Below are positions 51,911 through 64,000 of a stretch of 64,000 nucleotides of DNA, one piece after another. Origin of the DNA: Chrysomallon squamiferum (Eukaryota; Animalia; Mollusca). A model generated the notes under the pieces. The model was not told the origin of the DNA, made no database searches, and saw only the letters and a list, made by a program, of their open reading frames with translations. The position numbers were made by a program, and so were the translations under genes. Numbering within the stretch: position 1 is the first letter of the stretch; the number at the start of each line of letters is the position of its first letter. The DNA is taken from contig CM022677.1 in assembly GCA_012295275.1 (NCBI GenBank), positions 17,484,001 to 17,548,000 on the forward strand, written 5' to 3'.

Positions 51911-52730
51911 TTAAGAGATCCTGTTTCTCAGTTTCTGTTTGGCAAATTGCAAACTTTCATGATATCTCTCACAGTTATGGCACTTTCTTATCTGCCTGGT
52001 TGTCACTGGGGACACAGCAACAGGCTTGGTACTGGGAAAAACAATGGCATTTTCTTCATCAGCCTGAGGGACTTCCACTGGCTGGATAATACATGACATA
52101 ACTGTGGAAATAGTACTGGTCAGGTTCAGCTGATCAAAACTTTCGTGACAAATGGAATCAAACATATTGAATTCCACAGTGTCACTGAGTTTCTTGATTT
52201 GTCAACAAATTTCTGAATTTGTGATGTAATATAATTCAAAACTGTATTTCTCTGATGACCAGTAATATTATTGGGGATATATGATTGAAGTTCTGTAAAG
52301 GTCTTCGCAGCGAAAGACAAAAATAAACAATATTGAATACGTGACCATTTAAGAAATTCGCCAAAGAAACTGGAATTCCGTTGGGAAAGTTCTCTTCCAA
52401 GTTTTGGTTGGCTATACCACTGCCAGTCCTTGGATTGGGGGATTTTCTTTTCCACTTCAAGTTAGGCATCCCGAAAAGAAGGCCAACATAATAATAATGA
52501 TTACTAAATTTCAAAATTAGTTCATACCGATTGGCTTGAAGGCACTCGCAAAATCGTCCACTATTTACACTCCATCGGATAATAAAAGTGTGACACAGAG
52601 TACAGTCGTATATTTATACAGCATCACAATCTGTTCTATCACTCATGTATCAAACATAGCTGAAATCGAGGGTAGAAATCACTTCAGTTTCACTCGAATT
52701 TTCATCCGCCATGTTTGATTTTGAAGCCAT
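51911..52730 (-). pseudogene. Frameshifted intronless coding-like relic, probably a transposon ORF remnant
   Basis: Three overlapping complex ORFs in different frames, ending with CHNC and a helical K/R-rich stretch. An upstream ATG context (atggcttcaaaatcaaacatggcggat) and a CpG-rich flank at 52930-53090 are present. Family not recognised. Confidence 0.4.
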
Positions 52731-53313
52731 TTCGATGTTACAGCTCCTCTTTCCGGCGTTTGTAACTTTTCTCAGCTATGTCAGATTTCAATATAAATTC
52801 ACATATAATAAAATTAAATATTGTTCTTTGCCTCCATCTACCTTAGATTATCCTCCGATATCGAAAACGATTGATTTTAACGTGTTGAATACGAAAAAAA
52901 AATTCGACCTCTCCTCGAACTGACTTTATTAACTGACTTTCATTTCGCTGCCTCGCGGGCCGGATGGCAATGTTAAATGTGAACAGTTTGACGGGCCAAA
53001 AAATAAATCTCATAAAGGACCAGAGCCGTTTTTACATATAACATATGTACTACGGCCCCACTTTTAAAGAGCACCGCATTGCGAAAGAAACCAATTCAGT
53101 GATTTTATTAATTATCATCGAACATGAACTTCTGTTGGAAAAAAGGCATTTCTGTTATTAACAAACTTCTCAGTAATATGCAAAATGTAATTCTTTACTT
53201 CTGGTTTTCCTTGTTCTGGCATTAAAAGTGACGTCTGAAGTGGCCTATGAACGACAAAAATGTTATTTTATTTACTATATAAATAAATAAATATATATAT
53301 ATATATATATATA

Positions 53314-53353
<40 letters not shown>

Positions 53354-53436
53354 TTTTTTAATATTATATCTCCATTACTGTAAACCATACTGTACAGGCT
53401 TAATCTGTGACTGCATACACTGATAAAAAGTGAAAA

Positions 53437-53494
<58 letters not shown>

Positions 53495-53756
53495 TTCTTG
53501 TGTATTTGTTTTATTTTTATTATTATTATATTATTTTATTTATATTTTTTTACTTCTTTTTTTAATGTCCTGTTGTACTATAGTCTTACTGCTATGTTGA
53601 ACTGTAGCCTTACTGTTCTGTGTACTAGTCTTATTCTTTTTCTCTTTTTCTTTCTTTCTTTTCATTTTTATTTATTTATTTATTTTTTTTTTTTCTGAAA
53701 TGCCAGAATATGCACACATTGGAAATTTAAATCACTACGCCAAATTTCGTAAATAA

Positions 53757-53971
53757 TGACGTCAGAAAACACGAATTCGACTCAGCTAGAATAATTTGTT
53801 AGTGATATCTATCTTTAACTTCCATTAACTTCCTGACCATGAAACTGTGGATTCATCTTTCATTATTTCTGTTCTTCAGATTGGCATTAACGGGTAAATT
53901 TTGCACTGTTTAAATTCATGATAATTTGAAATAACAAAAGAAATAGACATCACTGAACAGAATTGACGTCA
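53757..53971. promoter_or_regulatory. Two perfect CRE palindromes (TGACGTCA at 53757-53764 and 53964-53971) flanking the signal-peptide exon
   Basis: Exact 8-mers 82 bp upstream of the ATG and 70 bp into intron 1. Function is inferred. Confidence 0.5.
53839..53893 (+). CDS. Signal-peptide exon of the Ig-domain gene: MKLWIHLSLFLFFRLALT
   Basis: accATG context, basic then hydrophobic peptide, G|GTAAAT phase-1 donor compatible with the Ig exon. Confidence 0.72.
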
Positions 53972-54172
53972 GAGGCAGACGTTAAACCAAAGTGACAGAC
54001 GATTTTAAATCAATATGCAAAAGTGGAACAAACCCCCGCAAAAAACAAAAACAAAAATTGCTTAAATGTTACCAGTTACAAAACTAAACATTTTTTTGTT
54101 TTTCAAATGTGACTTTCCTGTTTTAGATTAGCGGTGTTCAATCCATAATCTACGAGTAGGGTAATCTATGAG

Positions 54173-54480
54173 CAGTGGTTGCAAAACGTTGATGCTAGGC
54201 GTGTCAATACTTTTATATCTTAGTCATTTTTACATTGTCGAGTGTCACTTCTTTATTTATTTTGTTACATAGTATATTACACTAAGATTTTAACACACAA
54301 GTATATGAATATGTTGTACTACTTTTAATTCTTTTTTATTAACTTTTAAATTTTGTGACCAAAAATATTCGAGAATATATTAAATCAATGTCCAAGAATA
54401 TATTAAATCAGTGACGCGTGTCACTTAAAATGTCAACGCATGTCACTGTTGACACGCGTGTCATAGTTTTGCCACCACTA
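54173..54480. mobile_element. About 308-bp hAT-like MITE
   Basis: TIRs cagtggttgcaaaac / gttttgccaccacta (13/15). Subterminal palindromic gacacgcgtgtca repeats. No TSD found. Confidence 0.6.
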
Positions 54481-55319
54481 GATGTTGGTGGTAGGGGTAA
54501 GGGACAAATTTGGGTATGACCATGCATTTCAAATAAAGGATGTATGTGTGTGTGTGTGTGTGTGAAAACAGAGCTGACACTGAATGCACTTTTTCATTGC
54601 TATCAAATAATATTAAATTAGCTGTTCTCAAGTTATTAATATATGACTATGTAACGTCACCAAAAAAGAAAAATGGCTTCGTAAGATATTTTTTTTACTT
54701 TTTCTTCTCTTGTTAAACGTGGTTTTTAATTAGAAGTCGACAATAAAATTTAAGTAAACATCACTTGGAAATAAACAGAATATATTCAAACTATTTGTCC
54801 TTTCTAGAATAATCTGGTGTATTTTTAAATTATGATTTATAATTTCATCTACATAACAGATAATTCAATATTGCGTCTAAAAGTTATTTACTATAATTAA
54901 TTTAAGGTATGCAATTAAAATTTAGGTATATTATGAAATTATTATTGTTGTGAATAATATTTTATATTTAATATTTATATATTTATTTATTATAATTATT
55001 CTTTTCATTATTATATTTTAATGTTTATTATTGCTGTTATTAGAAGTAATTTTTAATTTTTATTTTCTTTTAATTTATCTGTTTGTGTAATTTGATTTGT
55101 TTATTTATTTATTTATTTAATGTTTAGTACTTTGTTAGCAGAAATTAAAAACAAAATTAATCTGTTTTTGTATTTCAATATTTTTTTTTTTTATCTCTTT
55201 TTATTTATTCACTTTTTTAGTATATCTATATATATTTTATTCTTTTACTTATATATAAGTTCTATTATTTCTTTATATTTTTCTAAGATTTACTTACCTA
55301 TTTATTATTCTATTTATAG

Positions 55320-55694
55320 ACGATTACTTTAGAACGGCTTTTTATGGGGGCCAGACATTGAATTTAAGGTGTTCTGCAAAACACATAAAAGACGTCGATG
55401 TAATTTCTGGTATCTTTATAAAACAAGAAATTCCTGGTGTTAGGAAAGCAATAGTGGCCACTGCTATAGCCCTACAACAAAACGGAGAGGCAATTTTGCG
55501 AGACAGAACGCTGGTTGGAAGAATAGTGGTACATGGTAAATGCCAGTTCGATGACAAACAAGGATCTTATCTGAACATGGAACTGCTGCAATTGACCCCA
55601 AAGGATTCGGGAAAATACAGCTGCTTAATCACATACCTGGCCAATGATGGCAGTATTAAAACTTATATTCATACAACGGAAATTAAAGTTATTA
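55320..55694 (+). CDS. Immunoglobulin-superfamily (V-like) domain exon: ...GGQTLNLRCS...SYLNMELLQLTPKDSGKYSCLITY...TTEIKVI
   Basis: B-strand L.L.C, E-strand YL.(M/L), F-strand DSG.Y.C. 375-nt phase 1-1 exon (tttatag acceptor, GTACGT donor), typical of Ig domains. Confidence 0.85.
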
Positions 55695-56217
55695 GTACGT
55701 ATGTTTATTAAAATATTTTATTATATATATGTTTGTATTATGTTCATATAATGTAATGTTTTATAACCAGTGTTAATGATCTTTGTACGTAATATAGTTT
55801 TGTTTATGTTTAATTAAGGTCATTAATGTAACGTATGTTTGTATAATGTAGTATGAGCGTTTATAACATTAAAATTCGTCGTATTATGTAATAGTTATAA
55901 ATTTTTTTTTTTTTTTTTTTTTTTACGTAATTTTGTATAATAAAATGTTTAATAAATTAATATTCTTAGAAACGTAATTTTGAATAATGATGTTTATAAA
56001 ATTAAAATTCCTATTACTATTTTATTATTATTTTCTTTTATGTTTTTTTTTTTCTAATGTAGTATTATATTTTTAATATAAGTGTTTAATAAGGTTAAAG
56101 GTTTAAATCTGTAATTTAGAATAATGTAGGTATCATGTTTATAATGTTTGATAATATATAACCTATCTGATACAAATAAGGTTAATGGCAAACCAAAAGT
56201 TTTTTTTTGTTTCTATT

Positions 56218-56820
56218 GTTATAGCGGTTTATTCCCGAATCTGGCAGTGAGATTATAACACATATTAACTGGACACGCCAGTTGTTCCATTTCTGGCAGT
56301 TTATTTCTCACTCTTACTAATTGGTGTTCCGTCACCTTAATTGATGGCCCATCACCTTAATTGATGTATGTTTGTTAAACTGTATTTTGTCCACAATTTG
56401 AAAGCAATTCAGTCACACTTTACACACGAAATGTCCCAGAAAACTCTCCACCGCAAGCTGACAAGTAGGAAGCCATGTCCCGGTTACACGTGACGTACTC
56501 CCATCCCAGCTGGAAGAGCTTGTGCTTGTCTTCTGGTAGTATTTCCTGTCTCCAAATTTTACTGACATATAACATTAATTTCTTGTCTCCAAACATTAAT
56601 TTTCGTGCAGTCTCTATTCCGGCTCACCTCTGCTCTTCACTGCTCATTAAGGTTAATCTCGTTAATCTCCCCTCTTGTTCTTCACACATCTCGTTATCCC
56701 CATGCGTCTAAATTGGCCTTAATTGCTCACGCCAGTTTTCCCATTTCTGGAAGCGGATTAGAACACCTCACCGCTTACCTAATCTGGAGACTGTCAGTTT
56801 TGGGAACATACCGTTATAGC
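56218..56820. mobile_element. About 600-bp non-autonomous DNA transposon (MITE-like)
   Basis: Higher-GC island bounded by imperfect 31-bp inverted repeats (24/31). Internal direct repeat cacgccagtt.t.ccatttctgg at about 56274 and 56728. Confidence 0.55.
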
Positions 56821-57150
56821 TATGTTTTTGTTGTTACTAATATATACATTTTCTGGTTTTATTATTATTATTTTTATTTTTAATATTTTTTATTTCCACA
56901 TTTTATTTAATTTTTAATTTTAGTTTATTGTACTGTAAATATGAATAGAAAAATGGAATCTGTAAAAAACATTACTTTGAGAAAAACTGCTTTTAAGAAA
57001 ATTAAAACATGACTTACTTAATATTTAAGGTTTACAGAAAGATTCGCAGAATATCATGTCTTATTATTAATATTTATATTTACTGTTACTTACAAAGAAT
57101 TGTTTTTTTATTTGTTTTAGCTTAGCTGCTAATTGAATTAAATAGATAAT

Positions 57151-57205
<55 letters not shown>

Positions 57206-57211
57206 TTTTAG

Positions 57212-57234
57212 GTTATCCATGGAATATTCTATGA
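57212..57234 (+). CDS. Candidate third exon of the Ig gene: (S)YPWNIL*
   Basis: ttttag acceptor after (TTTA)n. The phase-1 reading stops at TGA 57232-57234; a donor-like CAG|GTGCGT follows at 57243. Confidence 0.4.
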
Positions 57235-57949
57235 AACTTCAGGTGCGTGTTTTTGATTGACTAATTAATTGGGATAAATAACTTAGTACAACACTAGCAG
57301 AACTTACCAGAACTTTCCTACAGTTAAATATCTCCACAGCAAGAGTTATCTGACCAGTCAGTGATTGGCTATACCTCAATAATGTAGTCTTTCTCCTTTT
57401 ATTACTTAGTTTTATTCATCGCTCTCAGGTGAACTATTGTTATAGCTCTACTGTACTTTAGACTTAGACGTACTGTTTAGACGTATTGCTTTGCATACTA
57501 ATCTTATTGTCTTCTTGTACTATAGTCTTACTGCTATGTTGAACTGTAGCCTTACTGTTCTGTGTACTAGTCTCATTGTCCTGTTGTACTTTAGACTTAT
57601 TGCTACGTTGAACTACTGTCCTACTGATCTGTAGTTCAGTCTTATTGCTGTCTTATTGCTCTATTGGACTATAGTCTTATTGCTCTGTTGTACTAGTCTT
57701 AAGTATTGTTCTGTTGAAATGTAGTTTTATTGCTTTGTTATACTTTAGACTTATTGTCTTGTTGTACCTACAGTCTTAATGCTTTGTTGAACAGTCTACG
57801 ATACTACTTTGGCGTGGTACCTACAGCAAAAAAAAGAAGAATATATAAATATTAATATGTATATAGGACATTTCTATAAGACAAGTGCCTGATGAGAAAG
57901 GATAATGAACAAGTAAAATCACAGGATAATTATATTCATTTCACTGGGA

Positions 57950-58190
57950 AATGTCAGTTATAGCAGGCAGGTAAAATAATACAACAGATTTGACCTAGCT
58001 TCAGTTGGAAATGGATAACATAGGTAAACTTCATTTCTGAATCAATATACGATTTGGTGTTTCACCTGTATTCCACTCTGTGATTTTACTTGCTCATTTA
58101 CTTTGTTCATGAACCAAAGAACCTTCCAATCACCCCTTGATTATTTGCTCGATCACTAGATCCAGTAGATCACAAGCCAAAGTAGTACCA
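57950..58190 (+). mobile_element. Interspersed repeat, copy 2 (homologous to 40430-40810), inserted within the satellite edge
   Basis: Shared sequence blocks as listed for copy 1. Confidence 0.72.
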
Positions 58191-58194
58191 AAGC

Positions 58195-61100
58195 AGTGTT
58201 ACTGTTATGTTGTACTATACACTTAGTGTTCTGTTCTACTAGTCTTATTGTTCTGTTGTACTATACTCTTATTTCTCTGTTCTACTAGTCTTATTGTTCT
58301 GTTGTACTATACTCTTATTGTTCTGTTCAACTAGTCTCATTGTTATGTTGAACTATACTCTTATTGTTCTGTTCTACTAGTCTTACTGTTATGTTGTACT
58401 ACTCTTATTGTTGTCTTCTACTAGTCTTATTGTTATGTTGTACTATACTCTTATTTCTCTGTTCTACTAGTTTCATTGTTATGTTGTACTATACTCTTAT
58501 TGTTGTTCTACTAGTCTTATTGTTATGTTGTACTATACTCTTATTGTTCTGTTCTACTAGTCTTATTGTTATGTTGTACTTTACTCTTATTTCTCTGTTC
58601 TACTAGTCTTATTGTTATGTTGTACTATACTCTTACTGCTCGGTTCTGCTAGTCTTATTGTTATGTTGTACTATCTTACTGTTATGTTGTACTATACTCT
58701 TATTTCTCTGTTCTACTAGTTTCATTGTTATGTTGTACTACACTCTTATTGTTGTTCTGCTAGTCTTATTGTTATGTTGTACTATACTCTTATTGCTCGG
58801 TTCTGCTAGTCTTATTGTTATGTTCTACTAGTCGTATTGTTATGTTGTACTATACTTTTATTGTTCTGTTCTACTAGTCTTACTGTTATGTTGTACTTTA
58901 CTCTCACTGCTCGGTTCTGCTAGTCTTATTGTTATGTTGTACTATACTCTTATTGCTCGTTTCTGCTAGTCTTATTGTTATGTTGTACTATACTCTTATT
59001 TCTCTGTTCTACTAGTTTCATTGTTATGTTGTACTATACTCTTATTGTTGTTCTACTAGTCTTATTGTTATGTTGTACTATACTCTTATTGTTCTGTTCT
59101 ACTAGTCTTATTGTTATGTTGTACTTTACTCTTATTTCTCTGTTCTACTAGTCTTATTGTTATGTTGTACTATACTCTTACTGCTCGGTTCTGCTAGTCT
59201 TATTGTTATGTTGTACTATCTTACTGTTATGTTGTACTATACTCTTATTTCTCTGTTCTACTAGTTTCATTGTTATGTTGTACTACACTCTTATTGTTGT
59301 TCTGCTAGTCTTATTGTTATGTTGTACTATACTCTTATTGCTCGGTTCTGCTAGTCTTATTGTTATGTTCTACTAGTCGTATTGTTATGTTGTACTATAC
59401 TTTTATTGTTCTGTTCTACTAGTCTTACTGTTATGTTGTACTTTACTCTCACTGCTCGGTTCTGCTAGTCTTATTGTTATGTTGTACTATACTCTTATTG
59501 CTCTGTTCTACTAGTCTTATTGTTATGTTGTACTATACTCTTATTGCTCGGTTCTGCTAGTCTTATTGTTATGTTGTACTATACTCTTATTGCTCGGTTC
59601 TGCTAGTCTTATTGTTATGTTGTACTATACACTCACTGTTCTGTTCTGCTAGTCTTATTGTTATCTTGTACTACACTCTTATTGTTCTGTTCTACTAGTC
59701 TTATTGTTATGTTGTACTATACACTCACTGTTCTGTTCTGCTAGTCTTATTGTTATCTTGTACTACACTCTCATTGCTCTGTTCTACTAGTCTTATTGTT
59801 ATGTTGTACTATACTCTTATTGTTCTGTTCTACTAGTCTTACTGTTATGTTGTACTTTACTCTCATTGCTCTGTTCTACTAGTCTTATTGTTATGTTGTA
59901 CTATACTCTTATTGCTCGGTTCTGCTAGTCTTATTGTTATGTTCTACTAGTCGTATTGTTATGTTGTACTATACTTTTATTGTTCTGTTCTACTAGTCTT
60001 ACTGTTATGTTGTACTTTACTCTCACTGCTCGGTTCTGCTAGTCTTATTGTTATGTTGTACTATACTCTTATTGCTCGTTTCTGCTAGTCTTACTGTTAT
60101 GTTGTACTATACTCTTATTTCTCTGTTCTACTAGTTTCATTGTTATGTTGTACTACACTCTTATTGTTGTTCTGCTAGTCTTATTGTTATGTTGTACTAT
60201 ACCTTATTGCCTGGTCTCTGCTAGTCTTATTGTTATGTTCTACTATGTATTGTTATGTTGTACTATACTTTTATTGTTCTGTTCTCACTAGTCTTACTGT
60301 TATGTTGTTATTTTACCTCACTGTACCTGCTAGTCTTATTGTTTGTTGTCATGTTTTATTGCTCTGTTTCTGCTAGTCTTATTGTATTGTTGTTATACTT
60401 TTATTTCTCTGTTCTACTAGTTTCATTGTTATGTTGTACTATACTTATTGTTGTTCTACTAGTCTTATTGTTATGTTCTTATTGTTCTGTTCTACTAGTC
60501 TTATTGTTATGTTGTACTTTTACTCTTATTTTCTGTTCTACTAGTCTTATTGTTATGTTGTACTACCTCGGTTACTGTCTTACTGCTCTGGTTTGCTAGT
60601 CTTATTGTTATGTTGTACTATCTTACTGTTATGTTGTACTATACTCTTATTTCTCTGTTCTACTAGTTTCATTGTTATGTTGTACTACACTCTTATTGTT
60701 GTTCTGCTAGTCTTATTGTTATGTTGTACTATACTCTTATTGCTCGGTTCTGCTAGTCTTATTGTTATGTTCTACTAGTCGTATTGTTATGTTGTACTCA
60801 TACTTTTATTGTTCTGTTCTACTAGTCTTACTGTTATGTTGTACTTTACTCTCACTGCTCGGTTCTGCTAGTCTTATTGTTATGTTGTACTATACTCTTA
60901 TTGCTCGTTTCTGCTAGTCTTATTGTTATGTTGTACTATACTCTTATTGCTCGGTTCTGCTAGTCTTATTGTTATGTTGTACTATACTCTTATTGCTCGG
61001 TTCTGCTAGTCTTATTGTTATGTTGTACTATACACTCACTGTTCTGTTCTGCTAGTCTTATTGTTATCTTGTACTACACTCTTATTGTTCTGTTCTACTA

Positions 61101-63080
61101 GTCTTATTGTTATGTTGTACTATACACTCACTGTTCTGTTCTGCTAGTCTTATTGTTATCTTGTACTACACTCTCATTGCTCTGTTCTACTAGTCTTATT
61201 GTTATGTTGTACTATACTCTTATTGTTCTGTTCTACTAGTCTTACTGTTATGTTGTACTTTACTCTCATTGCTCTGTTCTACTAGTCTTATTGTTATGTT
61301 GTACTATACTCTTATTGCTCGGTTCTGCTAGTCTTATTGTTATGTTCTACTAGTCGTATTGTTATGTTGTACTATACTCTTATTGTTCTGTTCTACTAGT
61401 CTTACTGTTATGTTGTACTTTACTCTCATTGCTCGGTTCTACTAGTCTTATTGTTATGTTGTACTATACTCTTATTGTTCTGTTCTGCTAGTCTTATTGT
61501 TATGTTGTACTATACTCTTATTGCTCTGTTCTGCTAGTCTTATTGTTATGTTGTACTATACACTCACTGTTCTGTTCTGCTAGTCTTATTGTTATCTTGT
61601 ACTACACTCTTATTGTTCTGTTCTACTAGTCTTATTGTTATGTTGTACTATACACTCACTGTTCTGTTCTACTAGTCTTATTGTTATGTTGTACTACACT
61701 CTTATTGTTCTGTTCTACTAGTCTTATTGTTATGTTGTACTTTACTCTCATTGCTCTGTTCTACTAGTCTTATTGTTATGTTGTACTATACTCTTATTGT
61801 TCTGTTCTACTAGTCTTATTGTTATGTTGTACTATACTCTTATTGTTCTGTTCTACTAGTCTTATTGTTATGTTGTACTATACTCTTATTGTTCTGTTCT
61901 ACTAGTCTTATTGTTATGTTGTACTATACTCTTATTGCTCTGTTCTGCTAGTCTTATTGTTATGTTGTACTATACACTCACTGTTCTGTTCTGCTAGTCT
62001 TATTGTTATGTTGTACTTTACTCTTATTGTTCTGTTCTACTAGTCTTATTGTTATGTTGTACTATACTCTTATTGTTCTGTTCTACTATCCAGTCTTATT
62101 GTTATGTTGTACTACACTCTTATTGTTCTGTTCTGCTAGTCTTATTGTTATGTTGTACTACACTCTTATTGTTCTGTTCTACTAGTCTTATTGTTATGTT
62201 GTACTTTACTCTTATTGCTCTGTTCTACTAGTCTTATTGTTATGTTGTACTATACTCTTATTGTTCTGTTCTGCTAGTCTTATTGTTATTTTGTACTACA
62301 CTCTTATTGTTCTGTTCTACTAGTCTTATTGTTATCTTGTACTACACTCTTATTGTTCTGTTCTACTAGTCTTATTGTTATGTTGTACTATACTCTTATT
62401 GTTCTGTTCTACTAGTCTTATTGTTATGTTGTACTATACTCTTATTGTTCTGTTCTACTAGTCTTATTGTTATGTTGTACTTTACTCTTATTGTTCTGTT
62501 CTACTAGTCTTATTGTTATGTTGTACTATACTCTTATCGTTCTGTTCTACTAGTCTTATTGTTATGTTGTACTTTACTCTCATTGCTCTGTTCTACTAGT
62601 CTTATTGTTATGTTGTACTTTACTCTCATTGCTCTGTTCTACTAGTCTTATTGTTATGTTGTACTATACTCTTATTGTTCTGTTCTACTAGTCTTATTGT
62701 TATGTTGTACTATACTCTTATTGTTCTGTTCTACTAGTCTTATTGTTTGTTTACTTTACTCTCATTGCTCTGTTCTACTAGTCTTATTGTTATGTTGTAC
62801 TTTATTCTCATTGTTCTGTTCTACTAGTCTTATTGTTATGTTGTACTATACTCTTATTGTTCTGTTCTACTAGTCTTATTGTTATGTTGTACTTTACTCT
62901 CATTGTTCTGTTCTACTAGTCTTATTGTTATGTTGTACTATACTCTTATTGTTCTGTTCTACTAGTCTTATTGTTATGTTGTACTATACTCTTATCGTTC
63001 TGTTCTACTAGTCTTATTGTTATGTTGTACTTTACTCTCATTTTCTTCTGTTCTACTAGTCTTATTGTTATGTTATTTTA
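58195..63080. repeat. About 4.9-kb satellite with a 46-bp unit (ctagtcttattgttatgttgta + ctatactcttattgttctgttcta) and higher-order structure; degenerate precursor at 57430-57800
   Basis: Roughly 100 copies. The variant marker tttcattg recurs at 58471/59016 and 58720/59265 (545-bp offset). Confidence 0.98.
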
Positions 63081-63421
63081 CAGTACTATACTCTTGCTCC
63101 TATCTGCTATTTTATTGTGGTACTGCACTACAGCTTTATCGTTATATTCTTACTGCTCTATTTTACAGAACTCAGATTGCTCTATTGCACTATATCTTCT
63201 TGCTCTATATAGTCTTCTTCACAAAGCAATCCTGGTTGACGTTCCCAAATTTAAAACAAATTTACTACAAAGGGGAATAAGTCAGTCAAATTGTTTTTAG
63301 TTAAGATCACCATTGTGTGGAAATTCCATTTATCTTTTTATTAATTTTATTATTTATTTATTAATTTATTTAACAAAATGTTAATAAATTGTTCCTAATT
63401 TTTCCCTAGAATGATAAAACT

Positions 63422-63478
<57 letters not shown>

Positions 63479-63801
63479 ACACACATTACGTTGCTTACTT
63501 CAATATTATTTATTCTTAATATTCATTTACTGATTATGGTTGCAAAATTCTGACACTGATTATTTATTCTTTACAGTTTGATAACGAAAACGAAAGTTGA
63601 CGAAGATGAAGTCTACAAAATTTAAAAATTATTACCAGTATTTTGAAAAAATATTTTATCCCTTTTCAATTTTTTAAAGTTACATTTCAATTCGTTTAAT
63701 ACAAATGCACGTGCTATATAAATATTCAATACGCTTTGAAACTAGCGCATACAAACGCACGCTAACACACATACACACAACGATAAACAGATTAGAAATT
63801 C

Positions 63802-63995
63802 GCAAACACACACACGCATACCTTCATACACCATAAATGCCATTGTTATACTGTTTCGTATTATTTGTTTTTAATAATAAACTTACAGTTATTATAATAT
63901 TTCAGCAAACACACACACATACATGCATACCTTCATACACTATAAATGCCATTGTTATACTGTTTCGTATTATTTGTTTTTAATAATAAACTTAA
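63802..63995. repeat. About 103-bp tandem duplication
   Basis: gcaaacacacacac...gcataccttcatacac(c/t)ataaatgccattgttatactgtttcgtatt occurs twice. Confidence 0.88.
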
Positions 63996-64000
63996 GTTAT

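Noticed and set aside
58364-63300. Leu/Cys-rich ORFs in the satellite
   Set aside because: Periodic translations of the 46-bp repeat.

Overview
AT-rich, intron-rich animal genomic DNA, not prokaryotic. An invertebrate, possibly a mollusc, is inferred from composition and the Ig-gene style. Hand splicing gives four genes: (1) the 3' part of ADAM10/kuzbanian (+, exons from 1 to 10288); (2) a complete LACTB serine beta-lactamase-like gene (-, 7 exons, 31570 to 26233, about 542 aa); (3) ABHD2 (+, 8 coding exons, 35434-46958, about 394 aa), head-to-head with LACTB and carrying an apparent 19-nt frameshifting insertion; (4) a small secreted single-Ig-domain gene (+, 53839 to about 57234). The rest is micro/minisatellites, an 8-kb mosaic repeat block, MITEs, two decayed coding-like islands and a 5-kb satellite with a 46-bp unit. 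The most striking pattern is that tandem arrays repeatedly consist of copies of the exon-intron junctions themselves (at least 6 cases in 3 genes). One ABHD2 intron is almost entirely a donor-site array followed by an acceptor-site array. Also notable are candidate alternative ADAM10 cytoplasmic-tail exons and a probable GC donor in LACTB. All alignments were done by eye against remembered family sequences; no database search was run.
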